Assembly (NCBI GenBank): GCA_048634245.1
Contig: JAIWAR010000003.1
Span: forward strand, 2,401 to 66,400
DNA: 64,000 bases
Direction of reading: 5' to 3'
Source: Methanosarcinales archaeon
GTDB taxonomy: Bacteria; Omnitrophota; Gorgyraeia; Duberdicusellales; 4484-171
This document shows positions 42,201-54,200 of the stretch, piece after piece (positions within the stretch are counted from its first letter, which is position 1; every line of letters begins with the position of its first letter). The notes beneath the pieces were generated by a model. It was not told the origin of the DNA and did no database searches. It saw only the letters and a program-made list of their open reading frames with translations. The position numbers and the translations under genes were made by a program.

Positions 42201-45200
42201 AAGAATTAAGTAAAGAAGACATTGATGGCCTTGAAAATTTTGAAGGAGACGGTATTTGGGTTTATGGAATTGCTTCCAGTGGTGCAGCTAGTGAAGGGTC
42301 AACCGGTAGTGGAGCAGCTGGCAGTAACGCTGATAGCTCTTCAGGAAGTGCGGATGGCGGAACTTTGGACAGCGGTGGAATTGGAAGCGGCCTTCCTCCC
42401 AGTATTACAGGAAAAAGCGTAAGTAGTTTATTGGTGAATAGTAATATTTTTGACGGAGGATGCGTTACGAATAATCTTAATAATATGGCGATGTCGCAAA
42501 ATACCTTTTTGTCATTGTCCTTTTCCGACTTGAACGGAGGATTGCATAGAAATAATGGTTTAGTCCTTGCGTTCATACCTGTTGGTATTCCGGCCAGCGG
42601 TGGAAGAATTTTAGCTAGAAATAGTGCTAATGTTGATGGCGGTAAGCGCAAAGGCGGCCTAATAGATCAAAAAAGAGCGGGTAATATTAAAGAGGATGAG
42701 TCGGAAGCCCAAGTTTTGCTTACAGAGTTAATAATAGAGTGTCGAAACAGAAGAATTATTTTGCCGGAAGAAAGAGAAGAAGTTATGGCTAAATTGAAAG
42801 ATTCAGAGCTTATAGGACAGGTTTGTGACTTCCAGAGACATTTTAAAGAAGCCGGGTTTCCTGAACAACTTGCTTCGGTATTTAGTTTAGGATTAGTATT
42901 TACTCCTAGTTTTAAGAGTTGGATATCTCATTTAAATGAAATGGATGAAAAGCATAAAGAGGATAGAGATCTAGATAAACTTAAGAATGAGTATTTTACT
43001 AAAAAGAACCGGATTATTAGCATTGTTGTCGAGAAACTAAGAATATTTCTTGATGAACTTATTCCTATTACCGATATGGTAAAGGCTGAAGCAATCATCA
43101 ATAAAGAGGGAGCAGCTTTAAAGAATGCTTTGGGTAAAGGGATTACTTTGGCTCGTGTACTAAATGATTTAAGGGCAGGTAGGGTATATTTATTTTATAA
43201 TGTTTTTGAAAATAAGATAAGGATTTCGGATAATCCGGGCATGGGTAATCCGGATGAAATATTTGAATATATAGAAAATGAGATTTTGACGAAAGAGTTT
43301 TACGAAAAAGTCGAAAGAATAATAAGTTCTGTTTTTTCCGAAAAGCCCTATGAATCTTCTTTACCAAAGGCATGCAGCCGTGAGCTGATAGAAAAATTTA
43401 AGAAACGGTTAACAGAGGAATGTGGAGAAGCCGGAAAGAATGCAGCGTCTTTTCTTCCGGATAAATTTTCTGTATCTCAAGAATATGGAATTTTAATGAA
43501 ATCCATAGAAGGAAGCGCTATCAAAGAACAAATAGAAGATATAGTCGGAAAAGATAATGATTTAGCGGAAGAAATATTTGAAAGCTTAAGGTTTGCCGAT
43601 GATTTGCGAGGTTTTACAGCTTTGGTGAATAAGCTGAGAAAAAAGAGTAAGGTTTTAAAGAAAAGGCAGATATCTCAGCTAAATGCGCTCAGTAGTTCGC
43701 TTAGAATGTATCAAGATGCTAAAGCGCATATATATATTAAAGTTGCTGTTGAGTGGTTTATTAATAGGGTGAGAGAACTAAACGGGCTCGCGATTGTTAA
43801 GCAGGAAGATGTTTTTAGCGCTTTAAAGAAAGTTTTTATTAATAATTTGGATATAGAAGAAATGGAAAAAGAAGGATTGTCCCTAGATGAAATTCGGAAA
43901 GTTTTATTGGAGAGCGGTAAAGTTATTTCAATACTTTGTTCTCCTAAGGATAAAAGAATTATGAAAAGGTTGGAAGTTTATATTATGTCAGCATCATTGG
44001 AGAAGATAGAAAAAGAACTTTCTCCTGAAGCTAAAAAGGCGATTGATCAGGTTTACGAAGGAGAGATGTTTGAGGGTAGATTAGGCGTTTCCTTAAAAAA
44101 CATATTTAACAAAATAGACAATAATGGATATTCTCCCGGACGCAATGAAAAAGATAATTTGAATAGACAAAGAGAAGAAAATCCCGCCTTGCTGGATAGA
44201 TATGACTCTCTGCGATTGATTGTAAAAGCTTTTAAGGAAATTATAGAGGATAAACTTTCCGGAGATAATGAAGATAGAAAACCGTATAAGTTGTCTGCGG
44301 AATTTTTGAGGCGGCTAAAAGATGACCTGTATGTTAAAGATCTACCTTACCCATTAGAAGATATTGAAAAACAACAAGTTTTAGGAGAAGTAATCATTTA
44401 TTTTGTTGCTGTGTGGGAAGAATTATGCAATTTAGGGTTTAGGGAGAAAGAGATAGAAAAGATTATTACCCGTATTCGGCCGGGGGAGGTTAAAGAAATT
44501 ATAAAAAAAGGAGTAGATAAAGAAGAAATCATCAGTATTTGTTTAAAGCCAAGAGGAGAGATACAAGAAGCATTGGCTAATATAGATGAAATAATAGAGA
44601 AGCAGAGAGCAGAAGAAGAACGAAAGAAGCTGGAAGAGAAAAAACAAAAAGCGTTAAAAGAAAAAAGGCAATTGAGAAAGCAAAAAGCATTAAAAACGCG
44701 TAAATCATTCAGAAGGCAAAGAAGGCTGGAAGAAGAGGCGAAGATAAAAAAAGCTCAAGAAGAAAAAGAAAAGAGGGTAGCCGCAGCAGAAGAGATGATG
44801 GATGAATTTAAAAAAGTTAAAACCAGAGAAGTGGCTAATGTTATCGATAGAATGAGAAGCAAGAAAAGCTATAGGGAAATGAGTACTAAATTAGTAGAGA
44901 TTTTTGGCAAGGAAGAAGCAGTTGAGAGGATTAAAAAGGCTATAGTTGAAATAATCGGGCCTTTTGAACGTAAAAAAGCTCGGGGTGTTAAAGGCAAGGA
45001 AATAGCGAACATAAAGAGAAACTTGATAAATAAATGGTTAATTGGTATCAGTATCGATGATATCGAGGAAATTTTAGGCAAAGATAACCGGTTATTAGAA
45101 CAATTACTGGATGAAGTTTTCGATATTTTTGTGGAGATTGAATCGGGAGAAAAAGTATTTTTCTTCAAAGATAAAAGTGAAGAATTAATAAGAAGTATTG

Positions 45201-48200
45201 GCTTAGAAGAATCCATAGAAGAATCAATATTGTCCCTAAAAATAGAAGAAAGGGAAAAATTCGCTAAACAGTCAGACAGAGATTTATTCTTTGATTATCT
45301 TACCAGGATTAACGAAATTATGAGACAAGACAAAAGAGTTGCTAAGCCAAGAAAGATAGAGCCTAAAATTAGAAACAAATCAGATGCTCAATTATCATTT
45401 GAAGATATACAAAAAAACTTTCAGAATGACATAGATGGCATGAAAGATTTACCGGAAGATATTATCGGCATTTTAGAGTCTGTTTTTGGGCAAATATACA
45501 TAAGATTTGATTTATTTTCTATCGGGACTAAAACCAAGGTTAAAGATATTGACGATATGATATATATGTATGAGAGCGGGGTAAGGGATCTTCTAAACAC
45601 GCTATACAAAAAATTAGAAGAATTAGAAGAATTAGAAGAAATAGACGCAACGAATAGAGAAAAGATTATATTAGTAATAATAAAATATTTCTTTTTTGAT
45701 GAATTTCCCCAAGGAGTCAGAAAGGCTAAGCCGAATATCAAGCAGAAACATAGGGGTAAATATATTCATGAACACTTATTAGAGGGAATAAAAAGATCGT
45801 TCGGACATTATTTTAGTGATGTTGTTAAAGCCGAAGAAATAGCAAGTCAAAAAGATAAAGGAAAGACGAATAGTGCTGGGGAAAACGATGGTGGGAACAG
45901 GGAGAGCAGAGGAATCCCATTTAAATTACCTGCTGATTTAGTAACTGTTTTAAGATTAACTAACTTGGGATTTTTGGGATTATTGATTAAAGACAATGGA
46001 GAGGTAATAACTGATGGAGGCATGGCTCAAAGAATAGTTTTGAATCCGACAGTGAGCGAAATAAGGAAGACGGTAGATGATTTTATAGAACAGCGAAACG
46101 TAAGTATAAAAAGAATGCTTGAAAACTTTTTGTATAATGGGGCAATGCGTGCATCAACCAGCAGCGGGAAGGAATACAGCTATGACGGCCGTCACTGGCC
46201 TAGAGACAGCGGTATAGCGGTAAGAGGAGTAGTACGATTATTACGAGAATCATTACGATTATATCAGCAAACAGATGACCCTGAATTAAGAGCTCAATTA
46301 AAGGTGAGAATAGAAGAACTTACCGAAAGAATAAGAAGGTATATCGAATTCACAAAACTAAATCAAGAAATAGATCGAGACTTAGGAGAGCCAACATTTT
46401 TTACTGAGAATGGAAAAGCAGATACAACTACCCCCTGGGCTAGGCCTCAGAATGACGGTCCGGCATTAAGAGCTATGGCCCTCATAGATTATGTTTGGCT
46501 CCTCATAGAGCAAAAAAATATAGAAGAGGCTCTAGATGTCTATCTTGTAATCAAAAAAGATCTGGATTATTTAGCTAAACATCAACAAGATCGCTGTTAT
46601 GATTTATGGGAAGATCTGACCGGATATCATTTTTGGACAAGAATGGTACAAAGAAGGGCATTGACCATGGGAGCAGCATTGGCAGATGATTTAAAAAAAG
46701 ATGATGCGGAAAAGTGGGAACAAGCAGCGCAAGATTTGGAAGGTGCAATTGACAAGCATTACGATCGTTTAAAGAAATACATAGTTTCTACATTAAATCG
46801 TGGTAAAGAAAAACTGAACAAAACAGTGGATCTTGACTCGTCAGTAATCGGTGCAATCGTAGAAACAGTAGATTTCAAGGATAAGTTTATGGGAGTTGAT
46901 GATTATCGAGTTATGATGACGGTGCTGAAATTAGAGGAAGAGTTTCGTGACCTTTATCCCATCAATAAAGAATGGATAAAAGAAGGTAAGCTAGGTATGG
47001 GAATCGGCAGGTATCCTCAGGATACCTATGATGGGAACGGCCAGGGAGGAGGAAATCCCTGGTTTGTTGCTACGGCTTGGTTTGCGCAATACTACTCACT
47101 TCTGGCTTTAAAATTTATAGAATTAGGAAAGATTGAAATAACTTCTAATAACATTTCTTTTTTCCGGAACATAGGAGTTGATATTTCTCCCCAGACCGTA
47201 AGTGAAGGCGAGGAACGTTTTAATGAAATCATTGAGCAGTTAAGTGATGTTTCTCAGGGCTATTTAGACTGGATACTTTTTCATATTCCAGAAGATGGTT
47301 CAATGAGCGAACAAGTTAGAAAGGCAGGAGTACCTCAAGGTCCGGAAGGTTTAACATGGTCTTATCTGGAATTTATACGAGCTGTAGATATATATGAAGA
47401 ATTGATTGAAGCTAAAGAACGGTTGGCATGGAGAACATTAGTCAAGCATGCTTTGGATAATTGTGCATTGAGCTCAAAGGAAGGATATTGGAATGAGAAT
47501 CCTCCTGATGATTTTGGTACGTTCATTCAGTTTTTAAAAGGACAAGGCCACGATGGAGTGCTAAATAATATGTTATGGCTAATAGAGGTAGATTTTAGTC
47601 TGTTCTTAGAGTATAAAGGGATTACCGAAGAATTTTTACCGAAAGTCAATGATTTATTTGAGCTTGATTCTAATTATATTATCGCAAAGGAGAAATTCTC
47701 TGAGTATGCAAAGATTATCATGCATTGGGGATATTATGTTCCTTTTTATGCAGATAGAGATGTAGGAATTGTTTCTATAGATGAGATAACAGCGATAGAT
47801 AGAGAAATTCCTATAAAAAAGTTATTTGATCATCTGGAGAATAATAATGACTTCCTTGTTCCTAAAGACCCGGAGACCGTTAAAAAGCAGATAGGCGAAG
47901 CTGGATTGAATGATGCGACGCAAAGAATGTTAAACATTATAATGACAGATTTATATACGGCCAGGAGTTTAAAAAAGTTAAAAGATATTGGAGGGAAAAT
48001 ATCAGAAATAGATATATCTAGTGATTTAGAAGCGCTTTTAGATGCCAATTCAAAGTATTTAACAGAAACAAAGCCGGAAGATTTAAAAGATGAAGAAATA
48101 AAAGATATTATTAGAAACGTTTTAACAATTCAGGAGATACGTCATCTTGATGCCGAACATATTATTTTTAAGCAGTGCGCTAATTTGCTAAAGTTGTTTT

Positions 48201-51200
48201 ACAAATTAGAGGATAAGAAAAAGGTGAAGCAAATTTTTTATGAGGGATTAAAAGGCCTGAAAAAGAACTTGCTTGAATTTGAGAATTTAGGCAGAGCTCT
48301 TTTGGTAAAGGGGCAGGTTGTCATACCCGGATTGAGCGAGGAAACAAATGAGCAGATATTATCTAAAATCAAAGAGATGTTTAGGCGAACAGCAAATGAT
48401 GAAAAAATAATGCTTTCTTTTTATACTCCTCAATCCTTAAGAGAAGACATTCAGGAAAAAATAGAAACTAGTTATGAGCTTAAGGTGGATAATGAAGGGG
48501 AATTGGAGTTAAAGAGAACAAAATTTTTAGAAACGGAAGAGACAAACGTTTGGAAGGATGTAGAGGCAATAGAAGAGTTAAGAAAATTAGGCTTTGTAGG
48601 GGAGGATAATTTGATTGTAGCAGAAAAAGGAGACGGGGTTTTTGGAGATATTTCTATGCTGTCTGTTGTGGTTAATATCTCTCTAAAACAGTCTTCTCCT
48701 GACGTAAATGACGGGGGGAGGATAAAAGAAAACTCCATTCAGTCGACGAATATCGAAGGAGTGGAGGGAAATAACGGATTTTACATCCCATCATATATGG
48801 TATTTCAAATAATAAAGCTGATGAGAGAATGGAATAATTCGAGCACGGAAGGGAACGTTCCGTATGATAAGAATAGCAGTTTTATGGATGGTGCAAGTAA
48901 GTTTTATCGTTCAGTGCAAGATAAAGTGTCTTTCTCGTTCGATAGACAAAATAAGGAGATTTCTGATGGAGGTAGTATGTTCTCCGGCAAAGTTGCTAGT
49001 TTTGAGAAAGATAAAATAGGGTATGAATCTTATTTCATGGAAAATGATGGGGCGCAACATCTTAATGAGTTTTTTAATTTCTTGATTATTTTCTTACTCG
49101 GTTCGACTAATATTACCACCAAAAAGATTAAAAGCTTTCTGGAAATGCCTTTGGCAGCAGGAAATAACATATTAGGAATAAAACATAAATCAACCTTAAA
49201 TTTTACAGTTAGGCATAAAAATATTGATTTTATAGATGATTTTATGGATTGGCTGGCAATGCGAATCACATCTCCTCCTATTGTTTATAAGATAATAAAG
49301 TTATTAGATACAAAGATGAAAAATCACCAGCCATCAGCATCCCCATATTTATTATATTTAATTAATACAGCTTTAAATGTTACCCCAGCAAATGCGAAAC
49401 GGCAAAAAACGTTAGATGTTTCTTTAGATGGGGGAAGCGTAGACGAAGAGGATTGGGAACTTATGAGCGAAATAGATGGGAAAATAACCCACATCTTGCT
49501 GTCTTTGACAGGGTGGCAGGATTGCTGTCGCATATGGGAACATCTTAGAAGCACAGATATGCAGACAACTGTAGCATATAATAAAAAGTTTGGCTTGAAG
49601 ACTTTCCTTCTCTGGCTGCTTAAATTAAGATATTTGAATAGGCTTCAATTAGTTAGTAGCGATAGGGAAGTTTCCTGGTGGATGCAGGATAGGGTACATA
49701 TTTTGATTAATAAGAAAGGTAAAAAGAAGATTGTTTTAAATCGGCCCATTGAAGATCTTGTCTCAGATTACGATGTAGTAAAAACGCAGAACGATCAGAA
49801 AATATTTGAAAATAAGGTTTGGCTTAATAAAGGGTTTGAAATAGGTAAAGATGAGGGATACATAATTGAGTTGATACAAGGAGGCAATTTGATAGTCGGC
49901 GATGAACATATTTTTGTTGGTCCGGATGTTATTAGCCACTTAATGAGGAGTTCTCGTGTTAAGAAAGACTTAATGCCAATAACCGCAGAAGGCCAGGATG
50001 CCGAAGTAGAATTAGAACTTGTAAGATCGTATTTTATAGAAAAGTTGACTCCAATAAGCGGCGGAAGGGAGATTGTTTTTGTTGATGCAGTTAGTGATTT
50101 AGATAAAGACTTGTGGCCGGCGCCAAGAGGGCATTTGGATCATTATTTTTCATATTTAGGAGATAATACAGTAGCTATCGCCAGCCCGCGATTAGCAGAA
50201 CAAACCGATTTTGTAAAAAAATTACACAAAGATGGTTTTAAGTATTTTTATCCAAGCTTTGAAAGTATGGTAAAGAGTCTTTTAGAAGGTGCTATTAAGT
50301 TATTAGGGGAGGAAGCCTTTGTTGATAGATCACTAGATGCAGTTGCCCTTTATATGGAACAGAATGGGTTTAAAGTAATTCGTATTCCTATAGTCTCTAT
50401 GCTTTATCAAGACACAGATAAATACAGGTATACATTACCTCTTATGACTTATAACAATATTCAATTAGAACAATGTTCTAATGGAGTTAAGAGAATCTAT
50501 ATGCCTATTTATGGAGATAATTCAAAATTAGGTAAAAAATATGGCGTAGAAGAAATTAATGATTTGGCAGCGTCTATATATGAGAAAGAGGGTTTTAAAG
50601 TAGTAAGGATAGGGGGGTTGGGAGATATTAGCATGCATGGTGGGTCTTATAGATGTTCGTCGAAAGTATTAGCAAGAGAAAAAGATATAAGCCAAGACGG
50701 CGGGAATGTACAAATTTTTACAGAAAAGGAATTAGTTGAGCAAACCGATGTGGTACGTGAGTATTGTAAAAGGATAAAAGAGCTTCTGACAAGTGAAAAT
50801 TTAGAGGAGAAAGTTGTAAAGAAGATAAAAGAAGAGGTCCCAGGCCTTACGGCGGTCAACGGTGTCAGAGAACCTAAAGAAAGATTGTTTGCATTAATGA
50901 ATGGAGTAGCAAATATTGCTAAAAAGGCCGCTGGTGTTAATAGGAAATTTGATATGGCTCTTTATCCTTGTAGTGGCGCTGATATGACAGCTATTGTACC
51001 ATATTCTAACCGGATTGTTACTATTAGTAATAGTGACCTTTTCAACAAGGAAACGGAAGATAGCAATATTATAAAAAATTGGTTAGAAATAGGGATAGAA
51101 CTTAAATTTACACATGGAATCTATTGCTCAAGTCAAATAATAAGTTTATTTGACTATGCAAAGGAATTAGCCCTATTGGGAGTGGATTTAGATTCATTAC

Positions 51201-54200
51201 ACATAACTGAAAATAAGAAAATAAAGGAGGATGTTGGGTATGCTGTAGTTACGAGGGCATCCAAAATAACAAGTGAGTTTACTATTGGAGATAGAAAAAT
51301 TACCCATACACATTTTTGCTATACACTTCCACAGAAGTTTGAAGAAACTAATGAAATTGATGTTTTCGTAAGAGATGAGTTGAGCCAATTGATGAGAGAT
51401 AAAGAAAATATCGTTGTGCTTTCAAAAGCTGGAGCTACAGGGTTATTTGGGCAAGATATAGCCACAGATGCCCTTTATTCTTTGTTTCCTTTCGATAATA
51501 CAGTTATTGTTTCCGATTATGATGAGCCTTCGGTTTTACAGCGGGTGGATAGAACCGATACTAGATTAGTAGATTTAAAGAGTCCTGCTATTACTGAGGG
51601 GCTAAGGTCATTACAAGATGAAAATCCTGCTCCGGATGATTACTTGGATTCGGCGTTTTTAAACTATGGGTATGCTAAAGAATTAACATCGATTGATATT
51701 TGGAGGGTTTTACCCATGCAACTTGTGGTAGTTGAGGGTGTGGAGAAGAAAGAGACTGAAAGTAATAATGAAGGATTTGTCGGAAAGATGGATGGCGGAA
51801 CAGAAAATAGATTTGCAAGCGAAGAAAAGAAAATGAAAGAGCAGATTCTAACTATCGCCTCTGATGATTTGCGGGAAAAACTGTTGGAAGAAATATCTGC
51901 TTTAAAGAGTAAGCACATAAAAGCAATGGTATTACGAAGTGAAGATAGGAAAAAAGAATTAAATGACTTAACAGAAAAACTATCTAAAAGAATTAACCAA
52001 GCTATAGAAATAACAGCGGTGATTGATGAATTTAATGTGATAGAGAAGAATTTAGTGAGAGAGATAGAGATTGTGGCTTATCGATTTGAGAATATAAATC
52101 AACCTAATATATTTTTAACAAGAAGGAACCTTCGTGAAATGGTTGATCGCTTGGAGGATATTTATAATAAGTTGAATTCTATCACGCAAGAAAATACGGA
52201 TTTTGTCTTTGACGAAGTCTTATTTAAAGAAATAGAAACATTGATTAATAATATAAAAAATTTGTGGTTACGAAAGAATAATCTGTTTAAGCTTATAAAG
52301 GAAGCTTCTTCTATATTAGCGGCTTATGACAGGGAGTGGGACGATTACAATTTTATTGAGACTTTTAGAGCTCAGATAGCAAAGATAGACTTAGAAGGTA
52401 CTGAAGGATTTGTAGGTAAAGTTCAAGCGTATTTACTCAATCCTTTAGAAAAAAAATACAATAAATTCGTGAAGTATAAACATAGAATAATATCAGAAGA
52501 AGAACCATCGCTTTCTAGAAGTGATACAGAGATGGAAGAACAAGGTGATGTTACGCAAGCAAACAAAAAGCGGGAAACGAATAAACCGACAGAAGTGGAT
52601 AAATTGTTAGAAGCAATTATACAAGAAGATAACGCGGCGTTGGGTGATGATATTGTTCCGTTCGTGAAAGAAGTTATTTCGGAACACCCAATGAAGAAGA
52701 TAAAAGTGTTGTTCGCGCCGCAAAGCATGAAAGAGATGAAAACACGGGGAAAATACCGCATCCTGCATTCATCAAAAAATAATTCAGAAATTTCTCCCAA
52801 ACAGTTTTTTAATGATATCCGTTGGACAAATAATACCCGGGAGAAAAAGCATAATAAACATGTAATAGATTTGAAAGAATGGCCGGAATATTTAAGCGAA
52901 GATGATTATGGCCAGCGTCTTGAGGGAATTATTCCCTATATTCAGTTAGCATATAAATATACAGATAAATATACCAATTTTGAAATATGTATCATTTATG
53001 TTAGAGACTTGAACGGATTTTACTTTGATGAGATCATTGTCTTGCGTCGTCCTGTTGGTGAGGAAGCATATATGGTTACAAGCTTCTACCGTTCGAAAGA
53101 TAATCTAAAAAAGGTGAAACAAGATATGGTTAGGATTGCAGAAAAGGTATATACGTCAGATGATTTTAGCTTTAAGCAGCAAGTATTGGTTTTAGATAAA
53201 AATAGAATTATAGAGTTAAAAGACAGGATATATCTTGCCAGAATCCTTAAGAAAAAGAGTAAACTGGCTTTGACAGAGAGAAATAAAGTAGATAAATGGT
53301 TAGATGAGGTAATACGAGAGTTGGAACAGAGAGGGAAACATAATTACCAATGCGGCAAGTTTGAAGATAGTTTGCACTATAATGATATATTAGCCCAAAT
53401 TTTTAAGGGATTGGGGCAATATGACTCCTTACTAAAAACTCTTATACAGAACGCGGTAGTCAACAGTAAGTTGGGAAATGTTGAGAAGGGCAGATATTAT
53501 AACGAGATGATCGTAAAATTAAGTAAAAAAGTGGGTGATCAAAGAGCGTTGCTCCGGTCATTAAAGGTATTGTCCGATCTCTATTGGAAAGGTGGTGATC
53601 TGGGAATGTCCGCTTGCTGTAAGGAAAGAGTCGGTGATTTATTAAAAGCGGCAGGAGACAGAGAAGAAGCGTTTAAGTGGTATAGATGGGCTGTGTTGAC
53701 ATATCGTAAAACAAAAAATTTTGAAGCGGCAAATAATTGCAATAAGAAAGCTTCTAAATTGCGTAATGGTTTTGACAGCGTTGTTGGACGTGATGGCGGC
53801 AGGGATAGTATATCATTGCCTTTGCAAATAAAACTGTCGGAATTGATGATTGAACGGCTAAGATTAATGGGCAATCTTGAGATGATAATAACGGCGATCA
53901 TCATGGATATAGATAAAACTGTTACTGCTTCCGGAACGGCAAGCCTTGAAGGATTAAACCTTGAACAAATTGTCCAGGCATTAGAAATGGAAATTCCTGT
54001 CCTTTTAATCAGCGGTAGTCCGTTCTATAGCAAAGAAAGTCTCACCACGCATCTTCAAGGTGTAAAGGACGAAAAACATTTTGACTATACAGGCGAAGAC
54101 TTAAAAACCCGGATTGCTGAACTAATCCAAAATGTGATGAAGGCTAGAGGCAAGGGGCATTGTTTAGTAAACCTTACAATTAAAGGGATTTCAGGAGCTC

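Noticed and set aside
42585-42610. ttccggccagcggtggaa as a further REP-like palindrome
   Set aside because: Pairing is short and imperfect, and could be chance in a Gly/Ala-rich linker.
48120-48165. IQEIRH as another zincin site
   Set aside because: First His is missing and I see no supporting context, so it is too weak to call.
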